Positions 30,357 through 39,542 are shown, counted from the first letter of the stretch. The stretch is 64,000 nt of DNA from an uncultured Candidatus Saccharibacteria bacterium (GCA_964357635.1 CAYHLZ010000001.1:198674-262673); one strand, 5' to 3'. The notes: a model not told the origin generated them from the letters alone. Translations and numbers: made by a program.

Positions 30357-30438
30357 GCCAAAAATTCTATCACAAGAGAAAAAGAAAACCCCGCGCCTGC
30401 CAAATGGCTAACGCGGGGCGGAGGTGGGGTCTCGAGGT

Positions 30439-30954
30439 TCAGTGTCTCTGCCGAAGATGCTCATGCCACAGGCAGCGCTTGAGCTCTCGCGTGCCATTGA
30501 AGGTCATGTCGTGCTCAACTGGAACGCCGGTCAAGTAATTCATACTGACAGCGCGCGTGCCGCCAATGGAGAACCCAATGTGCATGTGTGGTTCATTGTC
30601 CTCGGGAAACTGTATTTCTTCCCAGATAAGCACGGCGCCTGGTAAAGGCGGACCCTGAAGATCTTTCCAGCCCGAGCGCTCGAGATCATTCACGGTACTC
30701 TCGACGGTTGGGTGACTGCATCCAATAAGTCGAAATTGAGAAAGGATGCTTGAGAAGTACCATGCGCAGGCATACATCCCGTTGTTGAGCACGTCTTCAC
30801 CGTTGGCAAGGTAGAGAGTCCGGAACTGTCGGCTATCAAGACTGTTCATGATAGCCGCCATAAGCGACCATTGAAGGTTTAGGGACTTGTGTTGACCTTT
30901 TGAGACAAGGAACATGGTGAGTGCCTTGCGAAAGGCGTAGTAAATGTGCCGCAC
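30439..30954 (-). CDS. NlpC/P60-superfamily (papain-like) Cys/His hydrolase, paralog B (GC-rich)
   Basis: Same architecture (YACAWYFSSIL ... HMHIGFSIGGTRAVS), but the coding sequence is about 55% GC. Confidence 0.5.
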   Translation of the reverse strand: MRHIYYAFRKALTMFLVSKGQHKSLNLQWSLMAAIMNSLDSRQFRTLYLANGEDVLNNGMYACAWYFSSILSQFRLIGCSHPTVESTVNDLERSGWKDLQGPPLPGAVLIWEEIQFPEDNEPHMHIGFSIGGTRAVSMNYLTGVPVEHDMTFNGTRELKRCLWHEHLRQRH

Positions 30955-31045
30955 AAGGCACCTCCTTGAGTTATGAAGTCTATAAGCTAATCACCCGACT
31001 AGCTTTCCAACCACAATTGTATCACCTTTATAAAGAAAAGTCAAC

Positions 31046-31387
31046 CTAAAACGTGAAATACTTGGCGAGACCCCCGACTAGTGGCAACTCTTTCTCATTC
31101 TTCTGGACAACGTGCACTATGCCCATAACAGAGAGAACGAAAGTGGCGAGGTTAATAACGTTGACAACCATGTAGAAGGAATACATCACAGAGCCGAAAA
31201 TCCATGCTACGAGAGACAGGCAGAAGACTACCAAACCTTGCTTGATATGAAATTTTACAAAAGAATCGTCTTTGCTCATGAGAAACGGTACGATAACAAG
31301 CGGTCCGAGATAAGAGAGGATACCCATCAAGGTTTTATTTGAACTTCCGCTTGGTTGGGCATTACTTTGATTGTTTTGTGGTGGCAT
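31046..31387 (-). CDS. DUF4870-like small membrane protein
   Basis: Gln/Ser-rich N-terminus, then ILSYLGPLVIVPFL...KFHIKQGLV and 3 TM segments; 113 aa. Confidence 0.5.
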   Translation of the reverse strand: MPPQNNQSNAQPSGSSNKTLMGILSYLGPLVIVPFLMSKDDSFVKFHIKQGLVVFCLSLVAWIFGSVMYSFYMVVNVINLATFVLSVMGIVHVVQKNEKELPLVGGLAKYFTF

Positions 31388-31452
31388 AATTTTGGTTTAT
31401 TTTTATTCCTTATACGGCCTTTATAATACCACATGATTATATTGTTCAAAAT

Positions 31453-32061
31453 GTGGTAGTATATATGTATATGAAAACAAAAGAGATCTATATTACAGTC
31501 GCCATTGTCGTTATTATTTTGGGAATTGTGCTTTGGACCAAAGAAACTGGGCGAGTTGAGAACGAGACCCTCAACACCTCAACAAGTACCCCGACAAACA
31601 CACAAGGAGGAAGTGGTCCCAGTGGTGCGGGTGGTATGCAGAAACCAACCACTTCTGTGGGCAACCAAAATGTTACCAAGTCCTCACAGGCACCAACCCA
31701 AGAGTCGGTACCGAGTATTCCTTCACTGTCCAGTCTTAATGGTTCAACGTTCCGACTGGTCTCATATAACGGTGTACCCGTTTCTTCATATTCGAAATAC
31801 ACTATATCGTTTGAAGAAACCTCTTTAAGTGCGAAATTCTGTAATAGTTTGAGTGGTAGCTTTGTTTTGGACAGAAGTTTGATCAGGGCGGGTAATTTAG
31901 TCGGTACCAAAATATCTTGCGCCTTACCGCCGAATATTATGGAAATTGAAACTGCCTTCGTCTCAATGCTTAATTTCGGGGCAACGATTTATCAAAGCGG
32001 TAACAAGATTATTTTGAGTTACTCTCCCAATAACACAGTAATGGTCTTTACTGGTTTTTAA
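31453..32061 (+). CDS. Secreted META (HslJ-like) domain protein; an alternative start lies at 31471
   Basis: Signal anchor, a Thr/Ser-rich linker, and a C-terminal META pattern (ISFEETSLSAKFCNSLSGSFVLD...GTKISCALP...ETAFVSML). Confidence 0.5.
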   Translation: MVVYMYMKTKEIYITVAIVVIILGIVLWTKETGRVENETLNTSTSTPTNTQGGSGPSGAGGMQKPTTSVGNQNVTKSSQAPTQESVPSIPSLSSLNGSTFRLVSYNGVPVSSYSKYTISFEETSLSAKFCNSLSGSFVLDRSLIRAGNLVGTKISCALPPNIMEIETAFVSMLNFGATIYQSGNKIILSYSPNNTVMVFTGF

Positions 32062-32346
32062 TCGACAGATTAATCCTTTTTGTCTGGTAAGCCCCACATC
32101 CAACGGGGTTTCTCCCTTGTCTCCCGGCAGATAAATATTAAAATAATAAGGAGAACCGCTGTCTCCGGAATGAAGTTTATAAGAGTATCACTGACAGAAT
32201 GTGATTTTGAATCTATCCGAAAAGCATTCAGCGTAATGAGGGCGATAAATACCGCAAGTGTCAGCCATCCCTGCCAGCGAAAAAGAAAATAATAGCCAAA
32301 GGTATAAAACGACCTTTCATGCTCGCACTCTATAACAAGTTAGCTC

Positions 32347-33255
32347 TTACTTAAAGACAACTGAGCCCGAGTCAAACTTAAGTTCCAAGATAAGTTCACC
32401 CTTGGAGGTGAAGTGGTAGTTAGACACATTTGAGAGAAGCTCCGTAAATTCGGATTCTTGAGAGCCCTCACAGTACATCAGAGTAGACATCATGTTGCCG
32501 AAAGTAAGTTTGTCTCCCGAGGCGTTGTAACTCCCGCCGACACCGTTACAGTCTGTCGTTGCAGAGAAATTTCCTTTGCTATCAAACGAGAGAGTAAAAA
32601 TATCTGTCTTCTTCGGCCTCACTTCCCTACCGTCGTTATAGAGTGCGGACTGCCAAACCCACTTTTTCATTCCGAGAGTCATCCTAGAAGGGTCCGCTTC
32701 GCCTTCAAAGTCTGGTTCTACTACCCCCCACTGCATACTTTCTGTGTCTAGCTTCAGATAAGCACTTTTACCCTCGGAAGGCTGTGTCGTCATCGGCTCG
32801 CCAGCCTTGCGGCCGGCATAATTTATAACCACCACATTTTTATGTTGCGGATTCCTGCTTAATTCGGTTGTCTGGGGAGCAATCCTGTCGCCCAAGAGGT
32901 ATCCGTCTGAACCCAAGTATCCTTGTTCGGTATTAAGAGCTGAAACTGCGTAGAAGAAAGTTCCGCTACCGCCAGTCTCTTGTGTGAGTAGGAAAACGAC
33001 ATCATCACGACCGTCATTATTTAAGTCGGTTACGAGTTCGTTGCCGAAATACCGAGTAATTATTTTTGATGCAGAACCGGGGGCAGTTTCTTGTTCTGCG
33101 ATACCGCCATTAAGTTTTACCCTAGCACCGTCAATCATGTATTCTGCATTCTTGTGGTCTGTGGCCAATGTGACTTGTCTATCTTTGTTGAATAGAAAAA
33201 TTCCGCCGATAAGTAAGAGCGCCAAAACAACAATTACAATAAATTTCCTTTGCAT
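32347..33255 (-). CDS. Secreted protein with a C-terminal META domain
   Basis: Signal peptide; C-terminal TTDCNGVGGSYNASGDKLTFGNMMSTLMYCEG...EFTELL matches the META/HslJ pattern. Confidence 0.45.
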   Translation of the reverse strand: MQRKFIVIVVLALLLIGGIFLFNKDRQVTLATDHKNAEYMIDGARVKLNGGIAEQETAPGSASKIITRYFGNELVTDLNNDGRDDVVFLLTQETGGSGTFFYAVSALNTEQGYLGSDGYLLGDRIAPQTTELSRNPQHKNVVVINYAGRKAGEPMTTQPSEGKSAYLKLDTESMQWGVVEPDFEGEADPSRMTLGMKKWVWQSALYNDGREVRPKKTDIFTLSFDSKGNFSATTDCNGVGGSYNASGDKLTFGNMMSTLMYCEGSQESEFTELLSNVSNYHFTSKGELILELKFDSGSVVFK

Positions 33256-33269
33256 ATCTTTATTCTATA

Positions 33270-33833
33270 CTAGACAATTAATTTCAAACATTCAGACAAA
33301 ATCGCTGGCTCGCTTTCTCCTGTGATGTGCTCGGCCTTGTGCAGTACAACGATTTTTGTGCCAAATTCGGCAAACTTTCTTTTGTTTTCTTCAAACGAAC
33401 CGTGCGGGTCGTCGTCAGATATAATCAAAACCGACTTCGGCGAAACTACTTTCACTTTTTCCAAGTTTATTGGTCTCTCAACCCATGGCTTCGCTATCTT
33501 TTCTTCTTCTTCGGTTTCTACATCCAAATCAAACCACCCAGCAACGTGTATTGTTCCTCCAACAGGTTTTTCTAGTGTCTCAAGATATCTCAATACCGCC
33601 TGACAGCCAATACTGTGTCCGACAAAATAAGTGTTCTCGTCAGGGGTACCGACAATGTCTCGGAGATACTTAACCCACTTTTCAATCACCGGGTTTTCGG
33701 TGTCGGGCATGTCGAGCACAAGGACTTCGTGTCCTAATTGCTCAAGCTCATTCTTAAGCCAAGGGAGCCAATTATCTTTTGCGCTACCGCCCCAGCCGTG
33801 GACGATGATTACTCGTTTTTTCATCCTTAACAC
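33270..33833 (-). CDS. Alpha/beta-fold serine hydrolase, YdeN/RBBP9 family
   Basis: VIIVHGWGGS...YFVGHSIGCQAV nucleophile elbow; 187 aa. Confidence 0.65.
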   Translation of the reverse strand: MLRMKKRVIIVHGWGGSAKDNWLPWLKNELEQLGHEVLVLDMPDTENPVIEKWVKYLRDIVGTPDENTYFVGHSIGCQAVLRYLETLEKPVGGTIHVAGWFDLDVETEEEEKIAKPWVERPINLEKVKVVSPKSVLIISDDDPHGSFEENKRKFAEFGTKIVVLHKAEHITGESEPAILSECLKLIV

Positions 33834-33842
33834 TTATTTTAC

Positions 33843-33877
33843 ACCAAAAAGAAAAGTCCGACCCAGGGGGTCAGACT
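33843..33877 (-). terminator. Intrinsic terminator downstream of the Cys-rich small gene
   Basis: On the minus strand, AGTCTGACCC-cct-GGGTCGGACT followed by a T-rich run. Confidence 0.55.
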
Positions 33878-33895
33878 TTCGAAGGTTCTCGGTGT

Positions 33896-34117
33896 TTATG
33901 TGTTGGACACCACCAGTATTAATTGTGGGTTCAGATTTTTCGGACAGTGGGCGAAGGGATTAACCCAGTTCGGTCCACCCGACTTGTCGTCGAGCATCCA
34001 ACAACCGCAATCAAACTTGCAGTAACAGGTCAGCTCGTCGTAGTCATGCCCACCTCTTTTCGGAGAAAGAGGCTTTCGCAGAAGCAACGGAAAATCGAGC
34101 ATGTCTTTGGCTCCCAT
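33896..34117 (-). CDS. Small Cys-rich protein (73 aa; 6 Cys, CYCKFDCGCW...HCP); hypothetical
   Basis: ORF delimited by an upstream 15-bp perfect hairpin and its own downstream terminator; GC about 50%. Confidence 0.35.
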   Translation of the reverse strand: MGAKDMLDFPLLLRKPLSPKRGGHDYDELTCYCKFDCGCWMLDDKSGGPNWVNPFAHCPKNLNPQLILVVSNT

Positions 34118-34178
34118 TATTAAGATCGAATCCTCGAGCTATCTTAGTCGAAAAATGGAAGAAAGCAACTAGTTTAGG

Positions 34179-34216
34179 AAAAACCGCTCGATGAGAATCA
34201 AATTCTCATCGAGCGG
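34179..34216 (-). terminator. Intrinsic terminator: 15-bp perfect stem overlapping the stop of the 89-aa gene
   Basis: CCGCTCGATGAGAAT-caa-ATTCTCATCGAGCGG, followed on the minus strand by TTTTTCC. Confidence 0.7.
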
Positions 34217-34475
34217 CTAGCCAAACTTCTCTTTCGTCTCGTCTCTGTCTTATCCTGTGTATCATTCTCATGTCGAGGCCGAGCAGTTTGTAATCCTTCT
34301 TGGCGGCCTCGTAGGTCATCCGTTTCGAGAACCAGGCTCGGTCCATCGCGCCAAGCAATAGGATTTGTGTGGCGTATACACTTCTTCTTTTTAGAAAGAT
34401 TTTGACAAATATCGGGCCGTTTTCACCCAGATACTTTCTGCCGAGCGAAACAAAGGTCTCCTTCGCGACAGGCAT
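34206..34475 (-). CDS. Hypothetical 89-aa basic protein
   Basis: ORF whose stop lies inside a strong terminator hairpin; no confident family assignment. Confidence 0.35.
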   Translation of the reverse strand: MPVAKETFVSLGRKYLGENGPIFVKIFLKRRSVYATQILLLGAMDRAWFSKRMTYEAAKKDYKLLGLDMRMIHRIRQRRDEREVWLAAR

Positions 34476-34549
34476 GGTTACCTCCTTTGTCTTTTGGCTA
34501 TATTAGTCAAAAACTCAAAAGAAGCAACCAAACAACCTTCATTTGAAAC

Positions 34550-34981
34550 CTACCAATTTTTACAACATTCAATAAGTTTTCTGCCTATCTCCTTCAGACG
34601 GTCATTTTTGTAAAAAAGATAAACGGTAAAAAATACAATCCACACCAAAATAATAATTCCCAAATCTCTTAACCATTCGCCGTTGACCAAAAGGACGAGA
34701 GAAATCGCCCAAAAAAGTGAAATAACAAATGGGAACTTGAAAATCTGCACCATGTCACTCTTACCGGAAAAGAAGTAGTACATTAAACCAACCGCGCTTC
34801 CACCTAAAAGAATGGCTAAAACAAGAGAATCTACTTCGGCGCCCGTAAAACGAAGAATTAGGAGCGTAAGCCAAGTAAGAGTAACGGAGGCGCAGAGAGC
34901 GCAAAAATCTTTCCTTGTTATTGTTCTGGCAATGAGTGAAAGAACGAAAAAACCCACCATTAAGATTAGAGCAAGCGTCAT
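34550..34981 (-). CDS. Integral membrane protein (4 TM)
   Basis: Hydrophobic profile; a 4-bp overlap with the upstream gene suggests an operon with the CxxC membrane protein. Confidence 0.4.
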   Translation of the reverse strand: MTLALILMVGFFVLSLIARTITRKDFCALCASVTLTWLTLLILRFTGAEVDSLVLAILLGGSAVGLMYYFFSGKSDMVQIFKFPFVISLFWAISLVLLVNGEWLRDLGIIILVWIVFFTVYLFYKNDRLKEIGRKLIECCKNW

Positions 34982-35496
34982 GACAAGAGTTCAACCACGA
35001 CTGACGCAACGACAAGAAGGAGGATGGCAATGGAAAGTCCTTGATACGGAAGAGTTTGTTTCCTTGTTCTGGTGATAAATTTGCTTATCGGATGAGCAAG
35101 AAACATGAGCACTGACCCTAAAAGCGTTCCTGCCAAAAACAGATTAACGGTATAGGTGTTGTGGAACAGTGTGCCGTACTCGCCTAAAATTTTTACATAA
35201 AGAGGTCCGTAGTCTCTGATGAGTGGCATTATGGGAATAATCGTTCCGAGAAATATCACTAGCCAGATTATTTGTGGCTGGTAAGGTAGGTACTCTTTCT
35301 TGGGAAGTTTGGAGAGCCAAGACGAGAGCGCCACCGCGAACCCTCCAATGAGAACTCCAACAACGACAGAAGAAATTCCGAGTGAAGTAGCCAGTATCGC
35401 CAGAGCCCCCGCCCCAACAGTACAGAGAGGACAATGTGCCAGTGCAAGCTTCGGGAAAAGGATTGCGACAGGTATCGTTAAGAGAGTTTTTTTCAT
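34978..35496 (-). CDS. Membrane protein with an N-terminal HCPLC (CxxC) motif
   Basis: Signal/TM followed by LALAHCPLCTVGAG, then 4-5 TM segments; it sits downstream of the csoR-DUF305-DUF1573 genes. Confidence 0.4.
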   Translation of the reverse strand: MKKTLLTIPVAILFPKLALAHCPLCTVGAGALAILATSLGISSVVVGVLIGGFAVALSSWLSKLPKKEYLPYQPQIIWLVIFLGTIIPIMPLIRDYGPLYVKILGEYGTLFHNTYTVNLFLAGTLLGSVLMFLAHPISKFITRTRKQTLPYQGLSIAILLLVVASVVVELLS

Positions 35497-35499
35497 CGA

Positions 35500-36018
35500 C
35501 TACAGTATAACCTCGGCCCTGATCTCAAGTTGGAGCGCTCCGCCATTCTCGTCCACAAGGTAAACATATCTTTCAATTACACCCACACCCGCCGGACCGT
35601 GTGCCGCAGGGTCAAAGACCACCTCAATAACTCTTTCTTCACCCACCTTCAGAATCTCATTTGCTTTTGGCACGCTGTTACCGTGTCCCGGCATGCCGAA
35701 AGGACCTCTTTTATTCTCACCGTTTATTATGTAGGCATTGGTACACATACAGGAAGTAACGACGCTGTCTACTCTGACATCTTGGTTACTCGTATTGGAA
35801 ACGGTGAAAGTCTTTTTTACCACACCGTCTTTCATGGCTATGGTACCGAAGTCGTATCTGGTTTCAGTTGCGCTTAATAGATTGTCAGAATTTACTTGAG
35901 CATCCGATGGTAAAACGGCGGTTTGATCGCCCTTGCCGAAGGAGAAAAGTCCGACAAAGAGCAGGGCTACAGCTGCTAGTGTTATAAGTGTCGTTTTCAT
36001 ATTACTTTGACCAAGCAT
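35500..36018 (-). CDS. DUF1573-like secreted protein
   Basis: Signal anchor; TFTVSNTSNQDVRV...VVTSCMCT motif typical of DUF1573 Ig-like proteins. Confidence 0.5.
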   Translation of the reverse strand: MLGQSNMKTTLITLAAVALLFVGLFSFGKGDQTAVLPSDAQVNSDNLLSATETRYDFGTIAMKDGVVKKTFTVSNTSNQDVRVDSVVTSCMCTNAYIINGENKRGPFGMPGHGNSVPKANEILKVGEERVIEVVFDPAAHGPAGVGVIERYVYLVDENGGALQLEIRAEVIL

Positions 36019-36598
36019 CGTACCAACCTCTCATCATCTGAATCTCACTTGACTGAGACGTGATGATGTTATCCGCAAGAGTTTTCATCTCCTCTCTGTC
36101 TGTACTTACTGCAAGCATCCTTGCCATCATAATCGCCATCTCGTGGTGTGGAATCATTTGAGATATGAACTCAAGGTCAAAATCTTCGGCCGCCCTAAGT
36201 TGACCCAAGTCTCCTTCCATACCCATCATACTCATACCCATACTGCCGTGACCCATCATCCCGCCCATGCCTGAAGAGTAGCTTGGTGTCCCGCCAAACC
36301 AATCCGCATACCACCCGCGCATATCTTTATTTTCTCTTTCCTGTGCCTCAATGATTCCCTGAGCGAGAGAAAGAATTTCTTGGCGCTTGGATCGCTCAAG
36401 TGCAAGTTTCGCCATGCTGATAGCTCCCTCGTGATGTGGAATCATTTCCTCTATGAAGTGCCTGTCAATATTTTGGCCCGTTATAATACTCGCCTGTCTC
36501 GTACCCATCATGGGGTAGGTGTTAAACCATGGTGCGATAAGAATACCTAAAATAACGCCCACAATTCCCGCTCCTAAATATTTTATGCTGTTGTCCAT
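36002..36598 (-). CDS. DUF305 family protein with a Met/Gly/His-rich linker (copper-resistance associated)
   Basis: Two DUF305 repeats (EEMIPHHEGAISMA and SQMIPHHEMAIMMA) separated by GMGGMMGHGSMGMSMMGMEG. Confidence 0.7.
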   Translation of the reverse strand: MDNSIKYLGAGIVGVILGILIAPWFNTYPMMGTRQASIITGQNIDRHFIEEMIPHHEGAISMAKLALERSKRQEILSLAQGIIEAQERENKDMRGWYADWFGGTPSYSSGMGGMMGHGSMGMSMMGMEGDLGQLRAAEDFDLEFISQMIPHHEMAIMMARMLAVSTDREEMKTLADNIITSQSSEIQMMRGWYDAWSK

Positions 36599-36599
36599 A

Positions 36600-36872
36600 T
36601 TATTTTTTCTTTTGGGAAACGTTATAAATTTTTAAAATTTCTCTGACCGCTTTGTCACCCTTGCCGTGCTTCATCTGGTGAGCCACGTGAGTCTCCAAGT
36701 GGTTCTGGAGCATCAGCGCCTCAAAGGCTCCCACGGCGCTTTTAATTGCTTGCGCTTGGGTGATGATGTCAACACAGTACTTCTCTTCCTCAACCATTCT
36801 TTTAACACCCCTCACTTGTCCCTCAACGCGGTTCAATCGGCTTTTTAATTTGTTTTTCATATCTGGTTTCAT
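36600..36872 (-). CDS. csoR: CsoR/RcnR-family metal-sensing transcriptional repressor
   Basis: 90 aa; RLNRVEGQVRGVKRMVEEEKYCVDIITQ...H...H pattern carrying the conserved Cys and His metal ligands. Its own promoter contains the operator palindrome. Confidence 0.8.
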   Translation of the reverse strand: MKPDMKNKLKSRLNRVEGQVRGVKRMVEEEKYCVDIITQAQAIKSAVGAFEALMLQNHLETHVAHQMKHGKGDKAVREILKIYNVSQKKK

Positions 36873-36883
36873 ACTTAAATAGT

Positions 36884-36904
36884 ATATACCCCCATCGGGT
36901 ATAT
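36884..36904 (-). promoter_or_regulatory. CsoR-type operator in the csoR promoter spacer (copy 1)
   Basis: Minus-strand sequence TTGCAA-TATACCCGATGGGGGTA-TATACT places the pseudo-palindrome ATATACCCGATGGGGGTATAT between -35 and -10, 12 bp upstream of the csoR ATG. Confidence 0.7.
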
Positions 36905-36948
36905 TGCAAGCAGTCTATAAAGACCTCTGTGTATTACTTTATAATTTC

Positions 36949-39075
36949 TCATGCTTTAACTAAGTCCCTCTCAACACGCTTCAGAAGCACCGCATTTGTA
37001 GCCACAATTATCGAAGAAATACTCATGAGAAGTGCCGCGAATTCCGGGCGGAGCATAATACCGAAGCTTGGATACAAGATTCCACCAGCTACTGGTATAG
37101 CTAGAATATTGTAGATTGAAGCCCAGAAAAGGTTTTGCTTCATCTTCCAAACTGTCGCCTTGCTTAAGGTTATTGCTCGAAGAATGTCTAACGGATCAGA
37201 TTTCATAAGGACAACCTTTGCTGTCTCAATCGCCACATCAGTACCTGCGCCAATTGCTATGCCAACATCGGCTTGAGCAAGCGCAGGAGCATCGTTGACA
37301 CCGTCACCGACCATGGCGGTAAATTTTCCTTCCTGCTGAAGTTTTTTGACGTAGTTGGCTTTATCCTCTGGCATCACTTCGGCAAACACTCTATCTATAC
37401 CGATCTGTTTCGCCACCCTTTCTGCCGTCGTCTTGTTGTCTCCGGTAATCATTACGGTTTCAATCCCAAGGTTCTTTAACTTTCTTACTGCTTCACTCGC
37501 ATTTTGCTTTATCGGATCGGCGGCTCCGATAACCGCTTTTACAGAACCGTCAATAGCCAATACCATGATGGTTTCTCCTCGGTCTAGGAACTCATTAATT
37601 TTTTGTTCCAACCCGCCAAGAACAATTTTATTGTCGCGCATGAGCTTCACTGTCCCGACAAGTATATTTTTATCGAGAACTGTCGCTTTTACTCCAAGTC
37701 CGGAAAGGTTCTCGAACCTTTCAACATTTTGAGGCAGTTCCAACTTTCGAGATTTAAGCTCATCAAGCACAGCTTGAGCTAAAGGATGAGATGATTTCGC
37801 TTCTGCTGCACCGACCAGTCGAAGCGCCTCTTCCTCACTAAAACCTTCCACAGTCGCTATATCCGTCACTTTGGGTTTTCCTAGAGTCAAGGTGCCTGTT
37901 TTGTCTAAGACGATTGCTTGAATTTTTGATACTTGTTCAAGGGTCGGAGCGTCCTTGATAAGAATATTGTGCTTTGCCCCCAAGCCGGTCCCAACTGCAA
38001 CGGCCGTTGGCGTAGCAAGTCCAAGAGCATCAGGACAAGCGATGACAACAGTAGCGATAGCAAAAGAGAGCGCGAGCATTATGGAGGACCCTACTACAAA
38101 AAACCAAATGCCAAAGACCAAAAGACCCGACCCTACCGCCGCAATAACGAGATACTTGGCAAACCTGTCAGCAATTTTTTGTCCTGGTGCCTTTGAGTTC
38201 TGCGCCTCTTCAACCATGCGGACAATTTGGGCGAGGGCGGTATCTTTGCCAATTTTTGTCGCCTTAAACCTTACCGAGCCGGCGGTGTTTATAGAGCCAC
38301 CAATTACCTGATCTCCATACTTTTTAGCGACTGGAAGCGACTCTCCGGTAACTAAAGACTCGTCAATGGCTGTTTCGCCGAGAATGATTTCACCGTCAAC
38401 CGGAACTTTGTCGCCCGGCTTAAGGATGACTATATCGCCAAGTTCTATCTCGGAAGTAGAAACGAGTGTTTCTATGCCATTCTTCAAGATTCTTGCTTGG
38501 GGTGGTACGAGATTAAAAAGTGCCTGCAAGGCGTCTGTTGTTCCGCGCCGAGATTTCATCTCCATCCAGTGACCGAACAGCACGAAAGTAATAAGCATCG
38601 CGGCCGCTTCATAGTATGAATCTGCGCCACCAGTCAAAGTCAAAAGAACGCTGAAACCGTATGCTGCCGTAATACCAACCGCAATAAGGACAGCCATGTT
38701 GAGGGTTTTATTTTTCAGGGCGAAGTAGGTTGAATATAGGAATATCCACCCGGAGTAGAAAAATACCGGCGTTGAGAGGATAAAGAGAAGCCACGGGAGC
38801 GGTATCGGAGACGGGAGATTAAGCTTCAAAAACTCTGTGCCTAAAGGTGAATACAGGATGATTGGAATTGTTAATATAAGCGAGAAGAAAAACTTATTCC
38901 GAATATCTATTTCCATGAGACGCGCCATCTCCCGACCAGCAAGACCGGTGTGATCCATACCCATCGTCATCGACATGCTCATTTTGAACTTCTTCCAAAA
39001 ATTCATTTTAGATACATTGCCCATCACATGTCCCGAGTGAACATGGTGTTTTTCGTTATGGTGATTGTGGTTCAT
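36949..39075 (-). CDS. P1B-type heavy-metal (probably copper) translocating ATPase; start placed at MNHNHH
   Basis: DKTGTLT, GDGVNDAPAL, TGES and a TM6 CPD(ALGLATP) motif. His-rich then Met-rich N-terminus (NHNHHNEKHHVHSGH...MSMSMTMGMDH). About 708 aa. Confidence 0.8.
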   Translation of the reverse strand: MNHNHHNEKHHVHSGHVMGNVSKMNFWKKFKMSMSMTMGMDHTGLAGREMARLMEIDIRNKFFFSLILTIPIILYSPLGTEFLKLNLPSPIPLPWLLFILSTPVFFYSGWIFLYSTYFALKNKTLNMAVLIAVGITAAYGFSVLLTLTGGADSYYEAAAMLITFVLFGHWMEMKSRRGTTDALQALFNLVPPQARILKNGIETLVSTSEIELGDIVILKPGDKVPVDGEIILGETAIDESLVTGESLPVAKKYGDQVIGGSINTAGSVRFKATKIGKDTALAQIVRMVEEAQNSKAPGQKIADRFAKYLVIAAVGSGLLVFGIWFFVVGSSIMLALSFAIATVVIACPDALGLATPTAVAVGTGLGAKHNILIKDAPTLEQVSKIQAIVLDKTGTLTLGKPKVTDIATVEGFSEEEALRLVGAAEAKSSHPLAQAVLDELKSRKLELPQNVERFENLSGLGVKATVLDKNILVGTVKLMRDNKIVLGGLEQKINEFLDRGETIMVLAIDGSVKAVIGAADPIKQNASEAVRKLKNLGIETVMITGDNKTTAERVAKQIGIDRVFAEVMPEDKANYVKKLQQEGKFTAMVGDGVNDAPALAQADVGIAIGAGTDVAIETAKVVLMKSDPLDILRAITLSKATVWKMKQNLFWASIYNILAIPVAGGILYPSFGIMLRPEFAALLMSISSIIVATNAVLLKRVERDLVKA

Positions 39076-39083
39076 GTATTTTT

Positions 39084-39542
39084 TTACTCCAAGTTCCATT
39101 TAAACAAACGCTCGGAGACTCCGCCAATGTTCTTGATTTTTAATTCAAGATAGGATGGCAGAGGATTTGTCGATTTAAATATCAAAACTCCTTCGCGATG
39201 ATGACCTCCTGGCTCTGACCCTTCCCATTTAACAGCCTTATATTCTTTGCCGTTGCCATCAACCAGTACGGCAATTTTTGCCATATCCTGATCCAGTTCA
39301 ACTGAATGTGTATCTAAAACAATATCAAATTTCCATTCTTTTGAATCAACAGATAAAACATATGGGGTAACTGTGACCACTACGTTTGCTTGATTATCGG
39401 TTCTTGATTCCCATTTTTGCTCTGTATCAGAAACCGAAGAATCACTTTGAGCCGGACTGGCGGCTGGCTTGGGATTATAGAAAAATAGCAATCCGACTAT
39501 AAACGCAAGCGCTAAAATGAATATTGATACGGTTTTATACAT
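39084..39542 (-). CDS. Secreted hypothetical protein (possible metal-binding beta-sandwich), upstream of the ATPase
   Basis: Signal anchor; GGHHREG motif; 152 aa. Confidence 0.35.
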   Translation of the reverse strand: MYKTVSIFILALAFIVGLLFFYNPKPAASPAQSDSSVSDTEQKWESRTDNQANVVVTVTPYVLSVDSKEWKFDIVLDTHSVELDQDMAKIAVLVDGNGKEYKAVKWEGSEPGGHHREGVLIFKSTNPLPSYLELKIKNIGGVSERLFKWNLE

